Source: Octopus bimaculoides (taxonomy: Eukaryota). Taken from it: a DNA stretch of 36,861 bases. Location of the stretch: NCBI RefSeq assembly GCF_001194135.2, contig NC_068996.1:14223894-14260754 (forward strand). Reading direction: 5' to 3'. Made by a program: the position numbers and the translations under genes. Of the stretch, positions 1 to 11,149 are shown one piece after another (position 1 is the first letter of the stretch; each line of letters begins with the position of its first letter). The notes under the pieces are model-generated. The model was given only the letters and a program-made list of their open reading frames with translations. It searched no databases and was not told the origin of the DNA.

Positions 1-1
1 A

Positions 2-240
2 GGTGCCTTAGGTATAATAAAAAAAATATTCAGACAAATACATAACAAAAATACCAGGACTTACAAATATATATAACATACAGAAAATTGTACTACTGGG
101 TACTGCACACATTCTACGCAAAACACTTTCAATACAGTAAACATAAGAGCACCACAGCAAACCACAGCACATACCCAAGGCGCACAGAGCTGCGCTCGGT
201 AGTGAAGTGAAAGCACGTTATAAAAATAAAACTACTGAAC
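2..240 (+). mobile_element. R4/Dong-clade non-LTR retrotransposon, 3' end (C-terminus of the endonuclease domain plus 3' UTR), frameshifted
   Basis: Translates GALGIIKK, then after a 1-nt slip in an A run YSDKYITKIPGLTNIYNIQKIVLLGTAHILRKTLSIQ* (stop 138-140). This is the typical Dong C-terminus. It runs into an (AAT)n tail and is homologous to the reverse complement of ~32590-32850. Confidence 0.85.
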
Positions 241-302
<62 letters not shown>

Positions 303-315
303 CAACAACAACAAC
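241..315. repeat. (AAT)19(AAC)6 microsatellite, tail or target site of the Dong element
   Basis: Read directly. Dong elements are known to sit in TAA repeats. Confidence 0.95.
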
Positions 316-361
316 ATCGAATGATACCTTAGGAATGAGAATTCAGGTTCAAAACTTCCAA

Positions 362-407
362 GAGACCTGATGAAGGCTAGAGGGTATATCAGCCAAATCG
401 TTGTGTT
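362..407 (+). ncRNA. Degenerate minimal hammerhead ribozyme motif (probably inactive) in a probable Penelope-like terminal fragment (~316-487)
   Basis: CTGATGA at 367-373 and stem II GGCT..AGCC are present. AAAT at 395-398 replaces GAAA. Restoring GAAA gives the palindromic stem III ACGT and a partial stem I GAGAC/GTGTT. Confidence 0.5.
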
Positions 408-1089
408 AACAACAAACAAGATGAGGACAAATATCCGTCAAATGTAAATAATGTACATAATTCCTTATCTCTTAAATATAGAACTGTTTTACATATATAT
501 CCATATATGCATATGTAGATATATATACATATATATTCATATATGTAGATATACTTACACGTATTTAATTTTTAATTTTTAAATGATTACAGCCTAATTT
601 CAAGATTTCTAGCTCTGTTGTGCTGAAGAGCCCCGAACAAGGACAAAGTTGTACTATCCACAACTACTGGAATATCTGATAAATGAATTATATGAAAACA
701 TTATATGCTTTTTCCTCTTTTCACTCATAGAAAAAATATCTCTCAACATAAGAAAAACAACTTAATAATAATAAAACTCTAGATGTTTGTTCCCGAAATA
801 GTTTGTTTGTCTCAGCAATAGTATATTTTACCGTAATTATTTTTACACATATATTTTCATTCTTACTTTATGCAGTGCATTATGATGATTTTTTGTGACT
901 TCTATTTATTAATGAAAACGATTAGACAGAATTTTTGTTTGTTATTTCTTGATGAGAAAAACATGTCTTCCGTGACGTAAACACACATACACACATACAG
1001 AATACACACATATAATTAATGCCATGGCGTTTGAATCAACACAAAGAAACGTACGCTATCTGTGACATATACACACACATAGTCTTCGA

Positions 1090-1208
<119 letters not shown>

Positions 1209-1802
1209 ATCACTCTCAAAGAAAAAACCGTTGACTTTTTGACGTACACAATATTTTAATCATTTAAAAATATTTTTAAGTGAACGTGATTTCAAAAATG
1301 TAAGTTGTTTGTACAGTAAGTATTTATATTTTAGTTTTCTTTAAACAGACAATATTTTAATGTTTTTTTTTTAATAATTATCAAGTGAATACCATTACAA
1401 AAATTTATTTTGGCATATGCAAAAAATATTTTAAAGTCAAAATGACTTTAAAAATGCAATAAATATTTTGTAAAAGACCCGTTCATAACCTCGATGTGAA
1501 ATATTTTTTTTTCTATAGGTTATTCAAGTGCATTCAACGTATCTCAGCACGAAAGGTTTGGATTGCTATTTCTAGCACGTCCAGGTAACACGTAACAGCT
1601 ATTTGCGATAAAGGACCTGAAATACTTGTTACGTGGTTGCAGGGCGTGCAAGAAATAGCAGCCAAATCTTTCCTTTCCCGGGGAAAGGAGCCGTTTACGC
1701 GTGATTTCGATGTTATATTCGTTGGAAAGCATTCAAAATAACTCGGAAAAGAAAAAAAAATGCGAAACAAAACTCCGTTGCTAGGAAGCTCAGACTTTTT
1801 AG

Positions 1803-1822
1803 GTGACCCAACGGGTCACGTG
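1803..1822. promoter_or_regulatory. Candidate regulatory palindrome GTGACCC-aac-GGGTCAC overlapping an E-box (CACGTG)
   Basis: 7-bp perfect inverted repeat with a 3-nt spacer, CACGTG at 1817-1822, then (TA)n, within a stretch where I recognise no repeat. Function is inferred only. Confidence 0.25.
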
Positions 1823-2035
1823 TAGTATATATATATATAAGTCCTGAAGCGGTTTTCTCCCCATAAGAAGAATAATCACCCTCTCTTTCGTCCCATAGTA
1901 ATCTCTCTCTCACTCCACAAACAATTATAAGCAATAGCAGCAGTTTCCAGTCAAATAACGACATACGCACACATCCGCGCGCGCCCGAACGTGCACGCAC
2001 ATGCACTTACACACACACACACAGACACACACACA

Positions 2036-2289
2036 GTGTTAATCTCTCGTAGTTCGAGTAAGACAGTTTTGCAATATCTTGCTGAACAACCTGCACAAAC
2101 GATTTGTTTATAACGATCGCATGGTTTGCGCTGTAGAGTCGCTCACTCTCTCCGTCAAATCGACGTTGCCTGAATACTTGCGGAACAACGTCAGATCAAG
2201 TACATTTCTAAAGAATACAACGCACTATCTGGTACTGAAACGATGATCTAGCGAGTGTGGGAGCAACATCCTAGCCACTATGGCATGCA
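2036..2289 (-). mobile_element. Old tRNA-derived SINE
   Basis: Minus strand shows an A-box-like TAGTGGCTAGG and a B-box-like GTTTCAGTACC, then a CORE-like segment, ending in a (TG)n tail at ~2005-2035. Confidence 0.65.
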
Positions 2290-2293
2290 CAAA

Positions 2294-2330
2294 TAGATAG
2301 ATAGATAGATAGATAGATAGACAGATAGAC

Positions 2331-2384
<54 letters not shown>
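2294..2384. repeat. (GATA)n/(GACA) microsatellite followed by TA/CA low-complexity sequence
   Basis: Read directly. Confidence 0.95.
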
Positions 2385-2385
<1 letters not shown>

Positions 2386-2705
2386 CACTCGTATATATAT
2401 GTATACGTATATTTACATCTACATGTATATGTATATACATACAATACATATATACACATATACATGCAATACATATATGTACATATACATACAATACATA
2501 TATATACACATACATATACACATATTCATATACCTATATATACACATATATTTAGAGGTGCATACATATACACATATTTATGCAAAAAATCTCTTTCTGT
2601 CCGCATACGTGTGTGTACACACGCGCTCGCATGCACGTGTGTGTATATGATGAAAAAATTACGTAATTCTATTCCTATACAATTTCCAGCTAAAATTCTA
2701 AACAG

Positions 2706-2719
2706 CCAATGAGTCAGCA
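2706..2719 (+). promoter_or_regulatory. CCAAT box overlapping a consensus NF-E2/Nrf2-sMaf site (ATGAGTCAGCA)
   Basis: Exact match to RTGASTCAGCA at 2709-2719 and CCAAT at 2706-2710. Motif match only. Confidence 0.2.
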
Positions 2720-3085
2720 TCAGAGATGCCGTCACTGTTAAACCTAACTAAGCTTAAGAGATTAAAATTTGTTACTAACGATGGAGGTAGTATTTATTCA
2801 ATATAGTATACTTTGTGTCTTTACGTTACATGGACTTACTGCAAGAAAGCCTTAATACACTGGTATTCGTCTATAGAAAGTTTCTCGTTTAGATGTATAG
2901 GGTTAAAAAACAGAAAATTGTATCAACAGTAGACGAAAAGAATCCAAACGAATTACTAGATCCCGGGGCATTTCCGTATTTACAATGTCTGCGAATTATT
3001 TACGATACTATTGATTTGTTAATCCCTATTTCTGCATATCAATAGGATCGAAGTTTGTCTAAACATGTCCTTGATAGTGGACACT

Positions 3086-3128
3086 TGCTATTGATGATGT
3101 GCAAAGACACAGAAATCCTGATTTAGCA
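3086..3128 (+). ncRNA. Minimal type I hammerhead ribozyme motif, C3U variant
   Basis: TGCTA-TTGATGA-TGTG(caaaga)CACA-GAAA-TC(ct)GA-T-T-TAGCA. Stem I is 5 bp, stem II 4 bp, stem III 3 bp, and the cleavage triplet is AUU. Confidence 0.6.
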
Positions 3129-4337
3129 TTTTCGCCACTACTACTGGACGCTTTTCGTCTGCTACTCGATGCATTTCTGTGCTTTTTAGTCGTATACGAG
3201 ATGCTTTTTGAAGACGTATACTATAGTTTTGTGGCTTTCTGAGACATATCTCCGTTAAGTAAGCTATACAGTTTTCTGTTTTGAACGTATACAGCATTCA
3301 TCGCTCATAACGAATATATATTTATGAACACCCCTGTCTCGACCAGAAATTCGCTTCAAGCTCTTCATTGCACCTTTCTTTACTACCATAGTCGTGGAGG
3401 CCCTCAGTGCGGCCTTTTCAAAAGCCATCACTTACTGATATACTTCTGTGCTTTTTAACACTATTAGTCTGTATGAGATGCCTTCTGAAGACGAATATGG
3501 TAGTTTTGTAACTTCCAGTAATGTATTCACGTTAAGTAAGATATACAGAATGCTATTAGAAGATTAGTTTCTGGTTTAGAATAAATAGTTCTTTGGTTGT
3601 CTCAGTCTTCATGTATTTCCGATAATAGATCAGGCCCTCTATTATCGCCATCGATTTCCTCATTATAGTTTAAAGTTTCCAAAATATCGCTAGATATTTT
3701 AACACTAATATCTATAGATATTGATCGGTAATTTTCAGATGTTATACGTTTGTAAATCTTTATATATTTTCTTTCTCAAAAATCGGCTGAAAAAAAAAGA
3801 AAAAAAATCTATTGGTAAATCTAATCAATAAATATAATACGCTGTGCGTCATGAATATATATTTAATACGCTATATGTATTTGTATATACACTTATTCCA
3901 CTATTAATTATTCTACTTCATATATTCCACTATTTCTTTTTTATATTCATCTTAATGAGAGGTATCATGTATTCAACTTCGGCCTATTTACTTGCTACAC
4001 TGCATGCATGTATTTCCTGCTTTATGCAGAACAAAAAAAAAAGACAGAAAATAATTAGCAATTACAGACTGGAAATTCAGAAGACCAAGGTGTATTGGCG
4101 CCTCCTCGTGTCTATACAAGAAATTTAGTTCTTCAGAACTTTTGCAGTGAATGTGAATAATAATGCTTATTATGCACATATGTAGCTTTTGCATTGAGTA
4201 TGTCAAATATGTTGTAAATGCAACGCTTTTACATAAACTAAATCTGCAGTCGCTTGAAAACTTTTAGAAGATGTATGTAACCTGTTTGTAAGATCACGTG
4301 CCTATTTGTGAATATACATATATTTTGATAGTTTTGA

Positions 4338-4448
<111 letters not shown>

Positions 4449-4877
4449 TTTGTGAAATTAGGTAGAGTATTTATTGTAGAAAATAACAATGTAGAATAAC
4501 GAATGAATCCTTGATATATTGTATATATTAAAAGTAATCAAACCTGTACAATATTTGGGGAGTGATAAATAATTTTTTTTTTTTTCCTGGTCTTTTGGCA
4601 TTTTCATTTACATCCTCATACAATCATTAGCAACATTCATCGTGTACATCTTTCAACAATAGCTCCGTCATTATTGCCGGCTCGTGTACTCTAATATCTA
4701 TACATTTTGATCGATAATGTTCATATGTTATACTTTTGTAAGTTTATAGATTTTCTTTCTTAAAAATCTGTTTAAAAAAAACAAAACCTATATTTCAAGA
4801 TTTTCACAACATATCGATTATCGATAACATTTATTTTACATTTAGATCAGCTCAAATATGTTTGGGACATATTTGAC

Positions 4878-5050
4878 CTGTACAAAGGCTGTATTCACTA
4901 CTAATTTGCCGTGGAGAACTTTTTTCAGTTTAGTCAATAGGTATTGAAAAACATCAACAATCTTTTCAATGCGCCTCTCTCGGCAAAACTGTAAATGCAT
5001 TTCTAGGTCACTGGCTATCATCAGCACTGTGTACCGCAAGAGAGGCAAGT
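4878..5050 (-). CDS. Possible coding exon of unknown product (LPLLRYTVLMIASDLEMHLQFCRERRIEKIVDVFQYLLTKLKKVLHGKLVVNTAFVQ)
   Basis: 173-nt open frame between an acceptor (atttcag) and a weak donor (CAG|gtcaaa). The frame stays open to a stop at 4842 followed by AATAAA. No protein family recognised, and a hammerhead motif inside it argues for a repeat origin. Confidence 0.2.
4989..5029 (-). ncRNA. Minimal hammerhead ribozyme motif with intact core and weak stems
   Basis: CAGTG-CTGATGA-TAG(ccagtgac)CTA-GAAA-TGCAT-T-TACAG. Stem III is the palindrome ATGCAT, stem II is 3 bp, and stem I has one G.U pair and one mismatch. Confidence 0.5.
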
Positions 5051-5249
5051 CTGAAATGATTTTGGAAGCATTTGTTACCTTGTAGTAATTCACCTTCAAA
5101 ACATGAATTGACTATGTGCGACGCTGGCCCTAGCTAAACAAAATATTGCAATGAGCACGCGAAAGCAGTGTTGCAAAAACGACAAACTTCAGTTCATTCC
5201 AAATTTGTAAAATGGCTGTATTCAAAGATATTTCTCGCTTAAAGCAAAG

Positions 5250-5425
5250 ACCAATTTCTTAAACCAAACCAAGGAAGTTCCTTAAGACAAGTTAAGCCCA
5301 ATTAAGTCTTAAGGACAAGTTAAATCAAGCGAGGCCAGCCAGGTCCCTAAGGTACTCTAAGTCTAGTCCCCAAGACAAGCCAGGTTCCAATAGACAAGCC
5401 AATCCAAGTCCCAAAGATAAGACAA
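5250..5425. repeat. Degenerate AAGYC/AAGAC-like short-period repeat
   Basis: Recurrent aagcc/aagtc/agaca words. A similar tract lies at ~14170-14300. Confidence 0.4.
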
Positions 5426-5631
5426 GCTAAGCTAGAATCGTTAGTACACCGGACAAAATGTTAAGCGGCATTTTTTTCGGCCCTATACGTTCCAAGTTCG
5501 AATTCCACCGAAGTCGATTTTACCATTCATCTTTTTGACGTCGATAAAATAAAACATAAGTTGATCACGGAGTTCGAAGTAATCGACTTGGCCCTTTCCC
5601 TCAAAAACTGTTGGCCTTGATTCTAACTTCG
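5424..5631 (+). mobile_element. tRNA-derived SINE, same family as the 19.8-21.5 kb cluster
   Basis: Head gctagaatcgttagtacaccggacaaaatg, B-box gttcgaattcc, body ttcatc..gtcgataaaat and tail aatcgact..ggcctt all align to the cluster copies. Confidence 0.8.
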
Positions 5632-5659
5632 GCCCGGTGTTCTGTTGTTTGGGTGGGGA

Positions 5660-5775
5660 TATATTGTGACGGGGTCACTTATATGCACCAAAGGTAAGAG
5701 TCTTCCACTATAGATCCAGACCAACGAATACATTCTAAGTGGATTTGGTAGAGGGAAACTATGTGGCAGTCTGAG
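5660..5775 (+). mobile_element. Degenerate fragment of the CORE-like SINE family
   Basis: aagagtcttccactatag..agtggatttggtagagggaaact matches the body of the 8397-8685 SINE. Confidence 0.6.
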
Positions 5776-5786
5776 TGAGTGGGAGT

Positions 5787-5828
<42 letters not shown>

Positions 5829-6199
5829 NNNNNNNNNNNNNNNNNNNNNNNNNNNNNNNNNNNNNNNNNNNNNNNNNNNNNNNNNNNNNNNNNNNNNNNN
5901 NNNNNNNNNNNNNNNNNNNNNNNNNNNNNNNNNNNNNNNNNNNNNNNNNNNNNNNNNNNNNNNNNNNNNNNNNNNNNNNNNNNNNNNNNNNNNNNNNNNN
6001 NNNNNNNNNNNNNNNNNNNNNNNNNNNNNNNNNNNNNNNNNNNNNNNNNNNNNNNNNNNNNNNNNNNNNNNNNNNNNNNNNNNNNNNNNNNNNNNNNNNN
6101 NNNNNNNNNNNNNNNNNNNNNNNNNNNNNNNNNTAACTATTAATTTCCAGTACCGCTGCCGTAGTCTCCTTTAGAGAGACTTAGAAATATTAATAACTC

Positions 6200-6230
<31 letters not shown>

Positions 6231-6859
6231 ATTGTGTGAGGTCACTCTGGGTGTTACTCGTATCGTGTAACACGGTACAACCTATTGCATGTTCGGGCTG
6301 TCGGCAAATAAACTGGTAACCCTTCTAACCTTCCTTAGTAAAGAGATAGATTTTCGTTGGACAGCTGGCAGGATGAAAAACAAATTTATGAAAGGAGAGA
6401 TGACTCAGTAGAGTCAACGAACATCCAACAATTGTAAGTGAGAGGCCCCTTTATTTAGACATCTCTTTAGGAAGAGAAAATTCCGAAATGACATACACAT
6501 CATTGTGAAACCAGAGAGCTTCCTCAAATTTATTTCTAGACTATTTGGCTTTATAGATGAGAGTCTAAGTGGTGCTCTGCAAACTATTATTGACTTTAAA
6601 TTTCGGCACGAGCATTGCTATCAGCCATTGTCTTTAACATCTAGGATAAGATAATTTATCATTAATGGGCATACTTGTCTACAAGTTAACAACAACGACA
6701 TATGCATATATCAGTATGATTATGTGTACAGCGACTTAGCATTCTAGTAACTTATTTACAAATTTACTTACCCATAAACCTACCAACGTGCCTACCTATT
6801 AAACTAAGAAACTAACCAGCCAAATAACTAAATATCTATCTAGATTGCCAAACGACCGC

Positions 6860-7135
6860 TCATATCTAGGATGTTAGTCGCAACTGTTCAAATACTTTTA
6901 TTAGGTTTTCTTATATCTGTAAAGTAGTTTGGCAGAAAGTTTAAATCTTGGTATTTTCAAATTCTAATCTAGCCAAGATCCTCATCGTCTTACATCTTAA
7001 GAATAAAATATTCTATAGAAAGAAATGCTATCGTTTGGCTAGCAGAACTAAATTTTGGCCCATTCCAAAACAATAATCTTTATTCTTAGAAAGACGGAAA
7101 AAGATATCTTTCCTAGTTTTCCAAATTGTAACAAT
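6860..7135 (+). repeat. Unclassified ~270-bp element, copy 1 (subtype A)
   Basis: Aligns by eye to 10865-11135, 14315-14590 and 15474-15715. Confidence 0.85.
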
Positions 7136-7139
7136 AATA

Positions 7140-7170
<31 letters not shown>

Positions 7171-7238
7171 CATAAGTGGATACATACATACATACATACA
7201 TGTATGAATACTTTCATGTATGGTAATACCTGTGTGTA

Positions 7239-7309
<71 letters not shown>

Positions 7310-7725
7310 NNNNNNNNNNNNNNNNNNNNNNNNNNNNNNNNNNNNNNNNNNNNNNNNNNNNNNNNNNNNNNNNNNNNNNNNNNNNNNNNNNNNNNNNNNN
7401 NNNNNNNNNNNNNNNNNNNNNNNNNNNNNNNNNNNNNNNNNNNNNNNNNNNNNNNNNNNNNNNNNNNNNNNNNNNNNNNNNNNNNNNNNNNNNNNNNNNN
7501 NNNNNNNNNNNNNNNNNNNNNNNNNNNNNNNNNNNNNNNNNNNNNNNNNNNNNNNNNNNNNNNNNNNNNNNNNNNNNNNNNNNNNNNNNNNNNNNNNNNN
7601 NNNNNNNNNNNNNNNNNNNNNNNNNNNNNNNNNNNNNNNNNNNNNNNNNNNNNNNNNNNNNNNNNNNNNNNNNNNNNNNNNNNNNNNNNNNNNNNNNNTA
7701 TATATACCTATACATTCATTTGTAT

Positions 7726-7762
<37 letters not shown>

Positions 7763-8140
7763 GGTTGTCCTAAAATTCAGGCAACCGATTTTTCCCAATT
7801 TTGCCAAAGGACGTTGCAATGCAATGGTAAAGGAAACACAATTATGACACTACTACATTTATTTTATATGACCGCTTCCGTTTCAAATCAGAGCCTTAAG
7901 TCTAGGTGCGAATGCTTCAAACGTCGCATGCAGCTGTTGTTGCGGAATCAAAGCCCATTCCTGGCGCACTTTTGCCTTTAGAGCGTTGAGCTAAGCATGA
8001 GGAGTGCTCGAGACCCTCATCTCCAAAATGGACCAAATAGAAAAATCCAACGGGTTGTGATCGAAGCTTCTTGAGGACTATACGTCCTTACCTATAAACA
8101 ACAGAATGTCTTTTTCTGAATCCAGTGTTGTGTCTGTTTG
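7763..8140 (-). mobile_element. Tc1/mariner-superfamily (maT/DD37D-like) transposon, 3' fragment with terminal inverted repeat
   Basis: Translates DHNPLDFSIWSILEMRVSSTPHA*LNALKAKVRQEWALIPQQQLHATFEAFAPRLKALI*NGSGHIK*. The element end abuts a (TA)n tract at ~7762. Confidence 0.8.
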
Positions 8141-8146
8141 GAGTTT

Positions 8147-8325
8147 TTAAAGGAGGTTATGCAGCCACTTTCCAAGTTTACCAGCAATGCCAAAGTCACG
8201 TAACTGATGACTTACCATGCAATGATCTTCCTTATCAAAAGCTTTTGCAAAGTCAATGTATATCACGCCGACATCTGAATGGTCAAGCAACTGCTTCAAA
8301 ACCCAGTCATAGGGCAGTAGGAGCT
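8147..8325 (-). mobile_element. CR1-group LINE reverse transcriptase fragment
   Basis: QLLLPYDWVLKQLLDHSDVGVIYIDFAKAFDKEDH..GKLGKWLHN, containing the RT D(F)xKAFD motif. Confidence 0.85.
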
Positions 8326-8358
8326 GTATATATATATATATATATATACACGTAAATA

Positions 8359-8396
<38 letters not shown>

Positions 8397-8398
<2 letters not shown>

Positions 8399-8685
8399 CG
8401 CAGGCATGGTTGTTGGGTAAGTAGCTTGCTTACCAACCCACTGCATGGCATCTTGGGTAAGTGTTTTCTACTATAGCCTCGACCAAAGCCTTGTGAGTGG
8501 ATTTGGTAGACGGAAACTGAAAGCAGCCCGTCATATATGTTTGTGTATCTGTGTCTGTTATCCACCACCATCGATTGCAGCCGATGTTCGTGTATTTACG
8601 TCCCCGTAATTTAGCAGTTCGGCAAAAGAGACCGGTAGGATAAGTACTACACTTACAAAGAATAAGTTCTGGGGTCAATTTGTTC
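8397..8685 (+). mobile_element. tRNA-derived CORE-like SINE, near full length with a head deletion
   Basis: ggcgcaggcatggttgttgggtaag head, atcttgggtaagtgttttct CORE-like block, and a 3' part ending ttctggggtcaatttg. Confidence 0.85.
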
Positions 8686-8689
8686 TTCA

Positions 8690-9600
8690 AGGACCTCAGT
8701 ATCCATCCTACAACTTGTTTGCACTTTGCTGCCTTCTTGCTTATGCGCATATGAATGATGCGTCATATATATACGTCATCTTGAACTTTTATTGCCTGTG
8801 ATAATTTTGTATCATCAGCATAGCTAGTGACAGTGACTGTTCGAGTGACCGTGAGCATGTCTGAGAGGGCTATTATGAACAGTAATGGCCCCAGAACAAT
8901 TCCTTTGTGGTGCCACTTAGGATTTGCGTTTCCTCAGAAAGGGGACCATTGGCTGCAACTACCGGACTTCTGTTTTTAAGGAAGTCATGCAGGCACTCTC
9001 ACAATTTACCAGCAATGCCAAGGTCACGTAGCTTATGACATATCATGACATGGTCTCCCTTATCAAACGCCTTTGCAAAGTCTAGGTGTATCACACTGAC
9101 ATCTGAGTGGTCAAGCAGCTGTTTCAAAACCCAGTCATAGTACTGTAAGAGCTGTGTGAGGTAGCTTCTTCCTTGACGGAGGCCATGCAGAGCATTGTTC
9201 AGTAGGTCATTTTCTTCTAGGAACATTTTCAACTTCTTTCTGATAATTCACTCACTGACTTTACTGATAAGTGAAGTCAGAGAGATTCGCCTGTAGTTTT
9301 TGGCCTCTGCTCTGCTTCCACCTTTGTGGATAGGGTATTTAATGTCTTCTTTCAGCTTTTAAGTAAGTATACCACTTGCAAGGAAGCTTTGGAAAAGTAT
9401 CTGAAGTGGTTTCGCTAAAGCCTGCTTATATAACTTTAGGAGAATGGCTGGGAAGCCATCAGGACCAGCTGAAAAGCATGGGTTCATTTCATCTGTGACC
9501 GCTGTTACATCTGCTTCCTCAATGTTGATGTAACCGATGGCTGGCGCCTCCTTTTTTAGAGTTGCAATATCAAAGAATTCAGCTGGATGTTTTATCTGTT
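8690..9600 (-). mobile_element. CR1-group LINE RT domain, decayed and internally deleted
   Basis: SAGPDGFPAILLK, KNYRRISLTS, DFAKAFDK, an IVLGPLLF-like segment, YADD (8811-8822), then a jump to VVGWILRS. Confidence 0.9.
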
Positions 9601-9624
9601 CAGCTGGATTTTTTTATCTATGTA

Positions 9625-9663
<39 letters not shown>

Positions 9664-9997
9664 NNNNNNNNNNNNNNNNNNNNNNNNNNNNNNNNNNNNN
9701 NNNNNNNNNNNNNNNNNNNNNNNNNNNNNNNNNNNNNNNNNNNNNNNNNNNNNNNNNNNNNNNNNNNNNNNNNNNNNNNNNNNNNNNNNNNNNNNNNNNN
9801 NNNNNNNNNNNNNNNNNNNNNNNNNNNNNNNNNNNNNNNNNNNNNNNNNNNNNNNNNNNNNNNNNNNNNNNNNNNNNNNNNNNNNNNNNNNNNNNNNNNN
9901 NNNNNNNNNNNNNNNNNNNNNNNNNNNNNNNNNNNNNNNNNNNNNNNNNNNNNNNNNNNNNNNNNNNNNNNNNNNNNNNNNNNNNNNNNNNNNNNNN

Positions 9998-10036
<39 letters not shown>

Positions 10037-10589
10037 ATTGTAGGATTCGTTAGAATCAAGGTATTTTAATATCAGGTACACCAATCGAGGGTCGAGATTC
10101 GCATATCTGTGTGCATACCATATGCAAACCAGGCATATACAGACATATTCATACATTTACACATACATGTACACACAAATATCATACGTATAGATATAAT
10201 TGTGCATGAAATTACATACCATTGTACACCGGCATTTAATATAAGTTCCCGATCCAACATTTGGTTACAATCCAAGCTGTGTCAGTTCGACCCACATCCG
10301 ATTATTCCAGTACTCCAAAATCGTCTGTAGATTTTATATTTGTATGAAGCATGCATAAGAGTTGAAAATTATGGAAAATATATTTAGCAGAGTAAATTAC
10401 GTATCAAAACAAGAAATTGGAAATAATTTTTGGTATTATGTATTCGCCATAACAGGTCTTCCATTTGCTAATAGGTGTTACAAAATTGTACATTTCGGAG
10501 AAACATATGAGATATCTCTATTAAAATTGTTCAGACAGGGAATCAAATAATACGTGTATATATATATATATATATATATGCACATACAC

Positions 10590-10715
10590 GACGGGATGGA
10601 TTCTTTCGCTTTCCGTTTACAAAATTCACTCAAAAGACTCGAGGCTATAGAAGACACTCGCCCATGGTGCCATGCGGTGGGACTGAACCCGTGATCATAT
10701 GGTTGTGAGCAAACA
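10590..10715 (-). mobile_element. CORE-like SINE, 5' half
   Basis: Reverse complement of the head and CORE block seen at 23003-23160. Confidence 0.75.
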
Positions 10716-10864
10716 TGTGTGTGTGTGTGTGTCTGTGTCTGTGTGTGTGTGTCTGTGTCTGTGTGTCTGTGTATCTGTGACTCCGCGTGTGTGCGCGCGC
10801 AAGCGTACATGCACCTGTGTGTGTGTATGTGTGCCTAAGGCAAGCTAGAATAGTTAACTCGCCG

Positions 10865-11135
10865 GACATAACTCGAATGGTAGCTGCAACCATTCAAATA
10901 GTTTTATTAAGTTTTCTTATATCTTTCAAGGTACATTGGCAGGAACATTAAATCTTTTTATTTTCAAAATGTAATCTCGCCAAACTCCTCACTGCTTTGC
11001 ATCTTAAGAATGAAATATTCTAAAGAAAGAAATGTTAGCGTTTGCCTAACAGACCAAGTTTTTTGGCTGATTGCAAAATTTAATCTTAAATCTTGTGAAG
11101 ATGAGTAAAGATATCTTTCGTCGTTTTATGACTGG
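10865..11135 (+). repeat. Unclassified ~270-bp element, copy 2 (subtype B)
   Basis: Aligns to copies 1, 3 and 4 and shares diagnostic bases with copy 4. Confidence 0.85.
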
Positions 11136-11149
11136 AAGATATATATATA

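Noticed and set aside
8205-8822. Other CTGANGA words (for example near 8205, 8812, 24922, 25236 and 34487)
   Set aside because: None has a stem II followed by GAAA at a workable distance, and they lie within LINE or transposase coding remnants.
10220-10324. 105-nt minus-strand exon-like segment with a strong donor and a single in-frame TGA after GIIGCGSN (possible selenocysteine)
   Set aside because: All three frames contain a stop, I see no SECIS, the GxGxxG motif is incomplete, and the phase does not fit neighbouring candidates.
10873-10897. Short palindrome giving MVAATI on both strands
   Set aside because: It is only 7-9 bp per arm and poorly kept in the other three copies, so it is not evidence of a terminal hairpin.
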